Made by a program: the position numbers and the translations under genes. From Octopus bimaculoides (lineage: Eukaryota), in the NCBI RefSeq assembly GCF_001194135.2, contig NC_068981.1, positions 151,461,357 through 151,497,275 of the forward strand: DNA of 35,919 nucleotides, in the 5' to 3' direction. This document shows positions 1 through 11,400 of the stretch, in pieces (position 1 is the stretch's first letter; each line of letters opens with the position of its first letter). Under the pieces are notes generated by a model. It did not search any database and was not told where the DNA came from. It saw only the letters and a program-made list of their open reading frames with translations.

Positions 1-219
1 GTTGGGGGGACAAACACAGACATACAAACACATACACACATACGTATATATATACATATATACGACAGGCTTCTTTCAGTTTCCGTCTACCAAATCCACT
101 CACAAGGCATTGGTCGGCCCGAGGCTATAGTAGAAGACACTTGCCCAAGATGCCACGCAGTGGGACTGAACCCGGGACCATGTGGTTGGTAAGCAAGCTA
201 CTTACCACACAGCCACTCC

Positions 220-220
<1 letters not shown>
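1..220 (-). mobile_element. tRNA-derived SINE, family A (octopus-type), 3' end runs off the window
   Basis: Minus strand reads AGGAGTGGCTGTGTGGTAAG (A-box-like) ... GGTTCAGTCCC (B-box-like), then TTGGGCAAGTGTCTTCTAC and a (TA/TG)-rich 3' part. Family assignment is from recall. Confidence 0.8.
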
Positions 221-283
<63 letters not shown>

Positions 284-287
284 TGTG
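221..287. repeat. (TA)n(TG)n microsatellite
   Basis: Directly visible. Confidence 0.95.
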
Positions 288-632
288 AAAATAAATGTAT
301 TGGAGTAATAGGTGCCTTTCTTTACTGTTGATCAATATTTTTCGTTCGCCATTCCAATTTCGAAGAAATACTTACCTGTCTATTCTGGTGTCAATATGGT
401 CGATGTTGTCCTCCTCAAAAATGCATGAGCTTCTGTCTAATCAGAAATAAATTCGCTATTTCATTGATTTTAAATGTTTTAAAGTCGAATTAACAATATT
501 TGAAAAGCGGAATGATACAGGTGGCCCATATAGGGAAAGAAACAATATTTAATAAATAGTAGCGGAATCAATTGCACTGTGCATAGGGATATAGGGAAAT
601 ACTACAGTGCAGAACAATATTAAAACCAACAT

Positions 633-820
633 TAAGACTGCAAGGTGGCAGAATCATTAACATCCCGTGGAAAATGCTTAGCAGCATTTCGGCCGTCTTT
701 ACGTTCTGAGTTCAAATTCCGCCGAGGTCTACTTCACCTTTCATCTTTTCTGGGTCGATAAATTAAGTACTAGTTGATCACTAGGGCTGATGTAATCGAC
801 TCACCCCCACCCTCGAAATC
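633..820 (+). mobile_element. tRNA-derived SINE, family B
   Basis: TGGCAGAATCATTAA...AAATGCTTAGC...GTTCTGAGTTCAAATTCCGCCGAGG...GTCGATAAATTAAGTAC...GATGTAATCGACT. The same blocks recur at 7271-8154, 29703, 33674 and 34615. Confidence 0.85.
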
Positions 821-1727
821 AAAATTGGAAAGCAGTATTAAAACCAATATATTAACAAATAAGACCACATGAAAAATGATTTATATATACATATATAAAG
901 TATTTGAACAAATCACATTCTAAAATAAAAAGAAAACAATCTGATAAAACTTGATAGTCAGTGCGGATAAATATGAATGCCATGAAGAGATGGATATACT
1001 CATATTGCTGAGCTGGCCTCTCGTCTGAAATAAGATCGAAATATGATAAAACTAAAGGTAAGATAGAAATACGTTTCGACACATTATTGAGTTGGTGCCT
1101 GGGTTCAGCGAAGATGATTTATACATATACACGAATCGTAGTTTTGCGTCTGAAGCCGGTATAAATTACATTGCTTCAGAATAGGTTTGATTCGTCAAAA
1201 ATTTAAGGGGAAAATTACAACAAAAGATTTGTATATTCTATAATGCCTGGTATCAAGTTACACTATTAGATTCAGTTACAGATCAGTATATATCACCACA
1301 GAACACCAAGCATGCACGTGCGTGCAAACACACGGGCGCGCACGCACGCACACTTACACACACGCACATATTATTCTATGCATAACTTTATTCTACATTA
1401 AATATTTATCAATACCTCTACTCAAATATCTATATCAATGTATATTGCTTGCACTGGTAGCAATCTTTCTCATAATCTTCACCGTAACCTTGAGTAGATC
1501 ATATTACATTATTACTATGTTCTGAACATATCAAATAACTAGCGATATTTTTGTAACAGTTTCAACTGCTGTTGTCAGCTGAGTTAGGCTGAGTTTCACA
1601 GGGATTGGGAGGAAAGAATATTACTTCACACACTTCACAGAGAATAACATACTAGTTCCTAAAAATATGTTACACTATGAAAAGAAATCTTAACTCATTC
1701 GTTGAAATGTATACTATCTCTTTGCAG

Positions 1728-1805
1728 TATGATCTTGGACATTCTAAGAAAATAGAACAATTATTTCTGTTGCCAAGAGGCAATTCAGAGTTTAAGTATA
1801 GTAAG
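1728..1805 (+). CDS. Candidate internal exon (78 nt, phase 0-0), YDLGHSKKIEQLFLLPRGNSEFKYSK; product unknown
   Basis: Acceptor CTCTTTGCAG, donor AAG|GTAAAC; only one frame is open. No homolog recognised. Confidence 0.35.
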
Positions 1806-1990
1806 GTAAACATTAAATGCCTTTTCTTCTTTTATTGAACTTGTTCCTTTCTTTTCTCTGTTTATTTTCTGCTAGTGGTTAGAAAGTCGGCCAGAAGGGC
1901 TCAAAGTAGGGAGTTCAACCTAGTTACTGACACGTTACTGCACTTAACCAAGTTATTTTTTAATTGGTAAGCTTGATCTGAATGATTAAT

Positions 1991-2157
1991 GATTTCTAAC
2001 TCTGGCACAAGACCAACTATTTGGAGGTCTGGGAACAGTCTGTTCAATCAATCCTAGCACTTGATTGGCACATAGTTTAGGAACACCGAATGCTAAATGA
2101 AAAACGAGTAACTAAATATTGTAAAGCGTTTTATCTACCACTAAACTGATTCCGACA
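1991..2157 (-). mobile_element. Degenerate family B SINE
   Basis: TCTGGCACAAGACCAAC...CAATCAATCCTAGCACTTGATTGG...GATTCCGACA follows the block order of the better minus copies at 7271-7648. Confidence 0.4.
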
Positions 2158-2430
2158 TTATACTGCCCTTTATCTGAATGACTGAATAATATAGATATTC
2201 ACTCGTCATTGAATATTATGAACCTTGTTGGGTAAAGCGTTTGTAGGGAGAAAGTTAAATAAGAGGTAAGTAATTTTGGTCCTTCGTTGGAACTATTTCG
2301 TTCTTCTGACCTTGCGCGTGCCTTTCTAAAATATTATCTTCAACATAGCAAAGAGAGTCTACGTGAGTCCTCTTCTTGGTACAACTTAAAATCGAATATC
2401 TCTAAAAAAAAAACCCAAAAAAAACCCACC

Positions 2431-2556
2431 AAGAAGGACACATGGATAATTTGGGTCAAAGGTACCAACAAAAAGACGGGGCAGTCATAGATTTACAGCT
2501 TGCGATAACAGGTCTGAGTGATCAGGGCTAATTTGGCCCAAAACCGTAACGACGAT
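2431..2556 (+). repeat. Dispersed repeat family C, diverged copy 1
   Basis: AAGGACACATGGATAAT...GATCAGGGCTAATTTGGCCCAAAAC resembles 3048-3220. Confidence 0.4.
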
Positions 2557-3047
2557 CTTGAAGAAATAATTTATAGTTTAACGACTTATTCTTTAAAATA
2601 AAGAGCAAAATATATCTGTAATCATATTTTCCAAAGGTACTGATTTAATGCTTTATTTATTTCAGCCAAATAAAACATGATTACATGTTTTATTTATTTC
2701 GCTGGCCAAAATGGAAATCCAGCAGCAATGTTGCTATATCGTCCTTCTTGAGGTTTTATATACCAAACAGTGATTTTGAAACGCTTTCCTCATATGTGTT
2801 CTTGTCACGACGTAGGTTCATTTGGAATTTTAAACAATAGAATTCACAAGTGTTGCACGAAATTGTTATCATCATGGATCCCTTATACTTTTCGGTAAAA
2901 TACTGGGTAATCGGAGATGATAGGGCTTTTGGCATTGTGCAATGGTCCTAAGTTAAGTGGTACACATTTTGTGTCCTTCTTAATGCCAAAGTTTGGTGCT
3001 AGTGCTTCCAAGATCTTCTATATATATTTATATCTCGTTAGTCGATC

Positions 3048-3220
3048 TGCAGGAAATAGATATAAAATATCCTTCAAATTACACCCTTAAAACTCAAAGG
3101 ACATTTAGATAAAGTAGTTCGAGACACTTTTTAAAAAATAGTATGGTCATGGCTGTAATGCATTTGCTCATAGATCTGTTCGGTCAGGATTTACTTGTGG
3201 CTAAGCAACGAAAATAACAA
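3048..3220 (+). repeat. Dispersed repeat family C, diverged copy 2 (probable retroposon 3' end)
   Basis: AAAGGACATTTAGATAAAG...GGTCAGGATTTACTTGTGGCTAAGCAAC with an AAC-like tail; resembles 2431-2556. Confidence 0.4.
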
Positions 3221-3793
3221 GCAAGTGAATATTTTGCTCTTCTACTGGGAGAGATTTCACAAACGTTGGCTTTAGATTGTTGTGGCTTGACATCAAGTTA
3301 GTCTTGTTTGAATAGACTTTAAATCAAGTATATTAATTAAAAGTATTTTCGTAGATACAGAATACAAAGAATCAGAACAAATACTATAAGGTATCCTGTC
3401 CGATGTCCTTACAGGTCTGCTAATCTACTGCTCTGGATTGGTCTATTTTTATGACCGCAAAAATATAAGAGTTGATTCCAGTGGGATTTAAACGTAGATC
3501 TGGAATTAATCTCATGAAGAATTCAGTCTGGCGCTCTAATGATTGTGCCAATGTGCAGAAAATTTGAACCTTCGTGATGTGTGCATTAACTGCAAATTAG
3601 GTTTATATCTATGTGCATGCATGTGAACAATTCCAGTTGGTCATAAAAGATGCGCTACTGTACAATTAAGTATTGTTCTTATGTCTATATCAATGTGCAC
3701 GCATTTCTGTGTGAATGCGTGAGTGAGTGTGTATAGAACAGATCTACATAGAATACATAAATTTAATCGAGAGAAAAACTCATTGAAAATATG

Positions 3794-4007
3794 TTTACCC
3801 TTTTATCATTTAAGCCAGTCATACATGGCCCAAATATTCTACTTGTTTTACGTTCGAAGCGGCAAGCTCCAGTCTCTCACACTTACCCTACAATGACATG
3901 CTAAAAATAAACAACCACTCCATCGATATCTCGATGCTATGAGATAATGAATGGTTAATTCAAAACAACGTGAATAAATTAGCATTATCTGAACGCTAAA
4001 GGGTTAA
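3794..4007. mobile_element. piggyBac-like non-autonomous element (MITE)
   Basis: Right end AACGCTAAAGGG-TTAA; left end TTTA-CCCTTTTATCATT is a decayed inverse. TTAA plus CCC...GGG termini are established piggyBac hallmarks. Confidence 0.55.
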
Positions 4008-5698
4008 ACTGTTAAAACGATAAAAGTATTTAAAGAAGCAAGATATAAACTGTCATTGGTAGCAAGAATGATCAGAATATAAAAACTATCCCAGAACATA
4101 ATCTATAAAAATCAGAAACATACAGGAATTAAATCTAATTTTGGCGTTTATTGTTTCTTGAAAACTGAAGGGAGATTATGAATGTACATATATTGTACTT
4201 TCTGTCCTTGGAGCGTCTCGTATCAGAGACGGTGGTACTGCTGTATCGTCAGTGATCTGCATGACTGGTGAGTATTTTTGTGGTAGTGATAGTGGTAAGT
4301 CGAAACACAACATAAATGTTTCGTTGCTGGCACTGTAAAGAAACTTATTAACATGTGTAGGAAATTGTTAACGAGTTTGTAAGCCACGTGCTGTTATTTC
4401 ACGAGAAAATCTGTAAGCAAGTTCTGTGCCGTTCAATCAGAAAAAGAAATGTTTGTTCGCAAGTTTTCAGATCGCAAATCGTTCGACTGTCGACTGTCAT
4501 TATAGCCAGAAATTAAAAGATTGTTCGTAGATATAACAACTATAATCGCTTATATATAATGTTCTCTTTCATTTTGTCCATTGCAATACAAAGTAGACCT
4601 CTTCCAATCTTATTGCCAAAATAATGCAATGTTACACAACATGTGATTTGTGAATACAGATTAATATATCACAACACAAACAGTAAATTTAACAAATCTT
4701 AACCTACAATGATCATGACAAGTTTACATAATTCTGTCATGAATTTGTATTATTATTTTCGTGTCGCGACACTTTTTCTTCTTCAAATGTATTTTCTATA
4801 CCTTTTTAAACCCGTAGAACATGTTATTTAAGAGTTTTAGCTGGTGTTTCAAAGCAGATCAAGGACCGTGTAGAAGCTGTTATCGTTGAAACAGTTATAT
4901 GTTTACAAGAGAGACAAACAATATTGTCTGATGTCCACATCTTTCTCGAGTGGTTTAAAGGTACTGAACTGTTTTTAAGTTTAAATAGCAAGTCGATCAT
5001 GTGGCCTTCTGTGAGCTTATATGTGCGTGCATATGTATATTCACACATGCTTTTCGTGATTATGCTAAGATATGTTTGCCCAGATCTCTTCAATGTGCAT
5101 TTTACAGAAAATACTCCGATAATCACGATAGCGTCATAGACATACTACCTACTTTAAAGCTTGATCACATTTTCCCAAAAGTTATATTTGTTGATTTTAT
5201 TAATATAATACTGTTATTTACATTGTTGAACACAGTTGGAATTGAACTCACAATGTAAAAATCACACTATGAAAGGACGAACTTTCATAAATATGGACTT
5301 GTGGTCCGAAATTCGAACTCGAACTATTTCACCAATTAAGCTACGTTGTAGGGGAAGCTTGGGAGAGTTGAGCCACAACAGTTTTCTCTAAATCTATAAA
5401 TTATAAAATGTGATTACTGCCACCTATTGGAAGCACTTCTAGAAATGTTTCTGCTGATCTAATACATTTAATAGGTGTAGGCAGTTTATACAGTTATTTT
5501 TTTAAAGCATCAATTTCTACACCAAAATGTAAAAGTTGGGCTTGAAGGTAAGCATGTTCCTATTTCTGTAGTAGTATGTAGCATTTCGATTGAATGCATT
5601 TTATCATATACCTATATCATTTCTCTATCACTGCGATCGTTAAAAAATTGTGACCCTAATGTTACAGTTACGATGATTCATAGAGTTAAGATGGAAGG

Positions 5699-6757
5699 AA
5701 ATGGGGTAAGTTGGGACAACTATGTATGCGAGAGCTGAACAGTGTCCCAGCTCTCCTTTTATTAATGCGTGGTGAAAAAACAATATTAACCTGTTAATTT
5801 TATTACTTCTTGTGATAAATAGCAAAGACTCTGGCAGCTGTTGATGAGTTGTGTTTGCTTTCGAGTTTAAGTACCTTGAAGTTAAACTGCATAGGGCTTC
5901 AATTCAGCATAAAGGTTTAAATTTTGATCACCTGCCATTATACTGTCTACAATTTTCACATGTATTGGCTTTTTCAGATGTCTCGGAAATATATCTGGAT
6001 GACCAATCGTTGGTTCGCACAGGACGTTTTAAGTAGCGTCAGAGATCCCGCTAGGGATGGATGCAATATCTGTGGTGCTACTAAAGATCTCAATATAACA
6101 AGAATGATACTAAAAGATATATAAAGAAATGCAATCAACAAAACGACGGGCAAAACGAAGAGTTTTGAGTACAAAATTTGCAGGACGAAAAAATATGACA
6201 TTTTCATTGGAGATGGAAGCTGAGTTATCGACTCACATAAAGACATTAGCCTAGCAGTTCCACGGACTCGCACAAAATAAATGCCGTGCGTTGATAGTGG
6301 AATATGCGTTAAGAAACAATGTTACGGTCCCTGATTCTTGGCAACAAAATGGAATGACTGGTGAGCATTTTTGAATATCCTTTAAAGAAAGAAACCATCT
6401 AACTATTCGAACACCAGAGGCTACATCTTTTGCTAGAGAAGTGCGTTCAATCGCTATAACATTGGCAAGTTTTACGACAACTTAAAGAGTGTTACGGACC
6501 TGCACAAGTTTGAATGCCACGACATTTATAACGCAGATGAAACTGGGTGCGCAACTGTGCAGCAATCTGAAAATGTCGTTGCTGCACAGGGAGTGAAACT
6601 AGTAGGACCTGTAACTTCCGGCGAGAGAGGACAACTGGTAACAGTTGTGTATGCAGTTAATGCAGCAGGAAATGTTGTTGCACCACTGCTGATCTTCCCA
6701 CGAAAAACAATATAGGGATTATTTTATCAAAGATGGGCGTGCAGGCTGTATCGGAGG
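5699..6757 (+). mobile_element. pogo/Tigger-like DNA transposon remnant, 3'-truncated
   Basis: Probable left end AATGGGGTAAGTTGGGACA (5699-5718) with an inverse sub-terminal copy TGTCCCAGCTCTCC (5743-5756), followed by the transposase pseudogene. Confidence 0.7.
5978..6757 (+). pseudogene. pogo-family (HTH + DDE_1) transposase pseudogene, N-terminal half
   Basis: Hand translation across stops and frameshifts: MSRKYIWMTNRW...GATKDLNITRMILK (HTH-psq-like), LTIRTPEATSFAR, IYNADETGCATVQ, VTSGERGQLVTVVYAVNAAGNVVAPLLIFPRK, FIKDGRAGCIGG. Confidence 0.85.
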
Positions 6758-6814
6758 AATCATTATTGTTTATTATTGTCTTTATCATTATTTTTGTTTT
6801 AGTAATATAATATG

Positions 6815-7206
6815 TGCCCCTCGCCATTATGCTATCACTGTATGGGAATACCTAAATGAAGTTTTTCGGGATAGATGGATAGGGTGAGAATCGCAACAAC
6901 TTCCAGCACCTGTCGATTGGCCGCCAAGAAGTCCAGACCTCACGTCTTGCGATAACGCTCTGTGAGGTATTATCAAGGAGTGAATTTCACAGGAACGATA
7001 CCAGAATACCCATCTGTCGAAGGACGCCGTTCGGAGAGCCTTTGCAACAATCACCAAAGCACAGCTTCGAAAAATATCACACAGGATATGGCGCCGCAAT
7101 TATTTTGTGCCATGAAACTGATGGTGTTCATACAGACCTTCTCGATGTATGACAGCGTCAATGAAAGTGAATAAACTAAATCCAGTTCGTGCTTTGGATA
7201 ACTGTA
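6815..7206 (+). pseudogene. Tc1/mariner-superfamily transposase C-terminal remnant with decayed right TIR
   Basis: APRHYAITVWEYLNEVFRDRWIG*...WPPRSPDLTSCDNAL*GIIKE..., ORF ends at TGA 7150-7152. CTTTGGATAACTGTA near 7192-7206 resembles an inverted TACAGGGT..CCAAAA end. Confidence 0.85.
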
Positions 7207-7270
7207 TTCCTTGTTCTTCTATTGTTCTCATTACTTTTTGGTAGGGGGTAACAAGGCTTTCGGACCACAC

Positions 7271-7435
7271 TGTTGTTTCAAATTTTGGCACAAGGCCAGC
7301 CATTTCGAGTAAGTAGATAAGTTGATTACATCCTTTCGGTGTCGATAAAATTATTTTATTGACCCCGAAAGGAGGAAAGGCAAAGTGGGCATCGACAGAA
7401 TTGGAACTCAAAATAAAGACAGACAAAATTCCGCA
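7271..7435 (-). mobile_element. Family B SINE
   Basis: GGCACAAGGCCAGC...TTGACCCCGAAAGGAGGAAAGGCAAAGT...GAACTCA. Confidence 0.75.
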
Positions 7436-7451
7436 GTAATAATTATAATAA

Positions 7452-7648
7452 TGGTCTCAAATTTTAGCACAGGACCAACAATTTCAGAGGACAGCTGATT
7501 ACATCGACTCAAATACTCAACTGGTATTTATTTTATCGGCCCCGAAATAATGAAATCAGAGTCGACTTCAGCGGAATTTGAACTCAGAAAGTAAATGCTC
7601 AGCAACATTTTTTCCGGTGCAGTAACGATTATGACAGCTCACGCCTTA
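7452..7648 (-). mobile_element. Family B SINE
   Basis: GATTACATCGAC...GTCGACTTCAGCGGAATTTGAACTCAGAA...CAGCTCACGCCTTA, followed by (AAT)n. Confidence 0.8.
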
Positions 7649-7661
7649 ATAATAATAATGA

Positions 7662-7760
7662 TAATCCTTTCTACTAAAAGCCAAAAGGACTGAAACTTTG
7701 TGGGGGCGGGCTAGTTGATTACATAGACCCCAGTGCGTAACTGGTACTTGTTTTATCGAC
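7662..7760 (-). mobile_element. Family B SINE, 3' part only
   Basis: GATTACATAGACCCCAGTGCGTAACTGGTACTTGTTTTATCGAC. Confidence 0.7.
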
Positions 7761-7815
7761 ATAAACAATATGTAGCGGGTAACAAAACTTTACTAATAAT
7801 AATAATTATTATTAT

Positions 7816-8070
7816 TAAGGCAGTAAGCTGCCAGAATCATTAGCACACCAGGCAAAATGCTTAGCGGTATTTAGCCTGTCTTTATGTTCTGAGTTCAAAT
7901 TTCGCCGGGGTAGAATTTGCCATTCGTCCTTTCTGGGTGGTTGAAATAAGTACCTGTTGAACACTGGGTCTAANNNNNNNNNNNNNNNNNNNNNNNNNNN
8001 NNNNNNNNNNNNNNNNNNNNNNNNNNNNNNNNNTTAGGCCTTGTACCGATAGTAGAACATATTATTATTA
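7816..8070 (+). mobile_element. Family B SINE spanning the 60-N gap
   Basis: TAAGGCAGTAAGCTGCCAGAATCATTAGCAC...GAGTTCAAATT...; GGCCTTGTACC and an ATT tail follow the gap. Confidence 0.75.
7974..8033. other. Assembly gap (60 N)
   Basis: Directly visible. Confidence 1.
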
Positions 8071-8154
8071 AGGCTACAAGCTGGCGGAAGTGGTACCAAC
8101 GGACAGAATGATTAGTGACATTTCTTCAGGTTCTTTACTTTCTAATTTCAAATT
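8069..8154 (+). mobile_element. Degenerate family B SINE, 5' fragment
   Basis: TAAGGCTACAAGCTGGCGGAAG...TTCTAATTTCAAATT. Confidence 0.45.
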
Positions 8155-8453
8155 ATTACTATTGTTTGCTACTAACTTATTTAATCATTTAAAAATTCTT
8201 ACTTCAAACGTTCTGCATGTTCTTTAAAGAGTAACTGGAGGGACTGATTTTCATTTCAGGTATTATCTCTAACAACGACTATTTTCGAACATCATGGAAT
8301 GTTTACTCATATTAGGGTTAGACAACGAGGTTGATGTAGAAAAAAATTTCAGTTGTATTTGACAGTCTAAGCAACAAATCAAAAGTGGCCACTTGCATTT
8401 CGGGTTCCGCCATAAGAAAAAATAAATTTGGGATTTCTACGAGCTCTGGAGTG

Positions 8454-11400
8454 TTTCATTCGTTCGTTCGTTCATTCGTTCGTACATACATACGTACGTG
8501 CAAACGTTCGTTCATTCGTTCGTTCGTACGTACGTAAGATCGCTCGTTCGTTCGTTCGTTCCTTCGTACGTACGTCCGTACATACGTAAGTACGTTTTGT
8601 TCGTTCGATCATACCTTCATTCGTTCGATCGTTTGTTCGGTCGTACGTACATACGTTCGTTCGTTCGTACGTTCATCCTTTCGTTCGTACAACGTTCATT
8701 CGTTCGATCGTTCGCTCCTTCGTACGTACGTTCGGTCGTTCGTTACTTCGTTCATTCGTACGTATGTTCGTTCGTTCGTTCATTCGATCATACGGTCGTT
8801 CGTTCGAACGTTTGTTCGGTCGTACGTACGTACGTTCGTTCGTTCGTTCGTTCGAACGTACGTTCATCCTTTCGTTCGTTCGTACGTACGTTCATTCGTT
8901 CGATTGTTCGTTCGCTCGTACATACGTTCATTCGTTCGATTGTTCGTTCATTCGTACGTACGTTCATTCGTTCGATCGTTCGCTCCTTCGTACGTAAGTT
9001 CGGTCGGTCGTTCGAACGTTTGTTCGGTCGTACGTACGTACGTTCGTTCGTTCGTTCGTTCGAACGTACGTTCATCCTTTCGTTCGTTCGTACGTACGTT
9101 CATTCGTTCGATTGTTCGTTCGCTCGTACGTACGTTCATTCGTTCGATCGTTCGCTCGTTCGTACGTACGTTCGGTCGTTCGTTCGTTCGATCGTTCGGA
9201 GGTGCGTGAGTGCGTGCGTGCGTGCGTACGTTCATTCTTTCGTTCGTTCGTTACTTCTTTCGTTCGTATGTAAGTACGTTGGTTCGTTAGTTGGTTCGTT
9301 GGTTGGTTCGTTCGTTCATTCGTTCGTTCGTTCGTACGTACGTATGTAAGTACTTTCGTACGTTCGTTTGTTCGTTCTTACCTACATACGTTCGTTCGTT
9401 CGTTCGTACGTACGTTCGTTCGTACGTACGTTCGTTCGTACGTACGTACGTACGTTCGTTCAGTCGTTCGTTCGTTCGTTCGTTCGTACGTACGTACGAA
9501 GGTTCGTTCGTTCGTATGTACGTACTTCGGTCGATCGTACGTACGTCCGTTCGTTCATTCCTTCGTTCGTTTGTTCGTTCGTACGAACGTACGTACGCAC
9601 GCTCGTTAGTTCGTTCATTTCGTACGTTCTTTTGTTCGTTCCTTCTTACCTACATACGTACGTACGTACGTACGTACGTTCGTTCGTTCGTTTGTTCCTT
9701 CGTTTGTTCGTTCTTATGAACGTACGTACGCACGTTCGTTTCTTCGTTCGTTCGTTCGTACGTACGTACGTTCGTTCAGTCGATCGTTCGATCGTTCGTT
9801 CGTTCGCTCGTACGTACGTTCGTTCAGTCGATCGTTCGATCGTTCGTTCGTTCGTATGTACGTACGTAAGTTCGTTTGTTCGTTCGTTTGTTCGTTTGTT
9901 CATTCCTTCGTTCGTTCTTTCGTTCGTTCGTAAGTACGTACATACGTTCGGTCGATCGTTCTTTCGTTCGTACATACGTACTTTCGTTCATTCTTTCGTT
10001 CGTTCGATTGTTCGTACGTAAGTACGTACGTTCGATCTTTCGTTCTTTCGTATGTACGTACGTTAGTTCGTTCGTTCGTTGGTACGTTCGTTTGTTCGAG
10101 CGTACGTATGTTCATTCGCACGATCGTTCGATCGTTCGTACGTACATACGTAAGTACGGACTTTCGTTCATTCGTTCGGTCGTTCGTTCGTTCATTCGAA
10201 CATACGTACATTCGTTCGTTCTTTCGTTTGTTCGATCGCTCGTACTTTCGTACGTAAGTACGTACTTTCCTTCATTCGTTCGTTAGTTCGTTCGTTCGTT
10301 CGTTCGTTCGTTCGATCGTTTGTTCGTTCGTACGTACGTGCGTACGTACGTACATTCGTTCGTTCGTTCGATCGTTCGTTCATTCGTATGTAAGTGCGTA
10401 CGTGCGTACGTTCGTTCATTCCGTCGTTCGTTCGTTATTTCGTTCGTTCGTACGTGCGTATGTAAGTACTTTCGTACGTTCGTTTGTTCGTTCATTCTTA
10501 CCTACGTACGTACGTACGTTCGTTCGTTCGTTCGTTTGCTTGTTTGTTCATTCCTTCGTTCGTTCTTTCGTTCGGTCGATCGTTCTTTCGTTCGTACATA
10601 CGTACTTTCGTTCATTCTTTCGTTCGTTCGATTGTTCGTACGTATGTACGTACGTTCGATCGTTCGTTCGTTCGTATGTACGTACGTTAGTTCGTTTGTT
10701 CGTTGGTACGTTCGTTTGTTCGAGCGTACGTACGTACATTCGTTCGTTCGTGCGATGGTTCGTACGTACATACGTAAGTACGGACTTTCGTTCATTCGTT
10801 CGTTCGTTCATTCGAACGTACATATGTACGTTCGTTCGTTCGTTCGTTCGTACGTACTTACGTGCATACGACCATTCGTTCGTGCGTTCGTTCGAACGTA
10901 CGTACGCACGTGCGTGCCTTCGTTCGTTCGTTCATTTGTTCGTAGGTACGTACGTACATCAGTTCGTTCGTTCTTTCTTTCGTTCGTACGCACATACGAT
11001 TGGTCGTTCGTTCGTTCGTTCGTTCGTTCGTTCGTACGTACGTTTGTTCATTCATATGTACGTAGGTACGTTCGTTCATATGTACGTAGGTACGTTCGTT
11101 CGCACGTACGTACGTCGGTTCATTCGTTGGCTCATTCGTACGAACATAGGTACACACATTCGTTCGTTCGTTCGTATGTTTGTTAGTACGTACGTGCGTA
11201 CGTTGGTTCAGTAGTTCGTTCGTTCGTCCGGTCGTACGGACGTACGTACATTCGTTCATTCTGTCGTTCGTTCTTTCGTTTGTTCGTACGTAGGTACGTT
11301 CATTCGTTCGTTCGTCCTTTCGTTCTTTCGTACGTACGTTCGATCGGTCGTTCCTTATTTCGCTCGTTCGTTCGTTCTTTCGTTCGTTCGTTCCTTCGTT

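Noticed and set aside
960-1058. Exon ending at the AAAG|GTAAGA donor
   Set aside because: Stops occur in all three frames and the acceptor is weak.
2697-2720. Minus-strand GFPFWPAK resembling a PWWP-domain motif
   Set aside because: An immediate stop follows, there is no splice donor, and the upstream residues do not fit; a chance match.
4824-5258. Three overlapping short ORFs
   Set aside because: No recognisable motif or convincing splice signals; consistent with chance.
8803-10800. A strict 208-bp period (offset 624 = 3 x 208)
   Set aside because: Other offsets (1207 and about 2960-3490) do not fit, and most offsets in a 4-nt array are multiples of four anyway; treated as coincidence without autocorrelation analysis.
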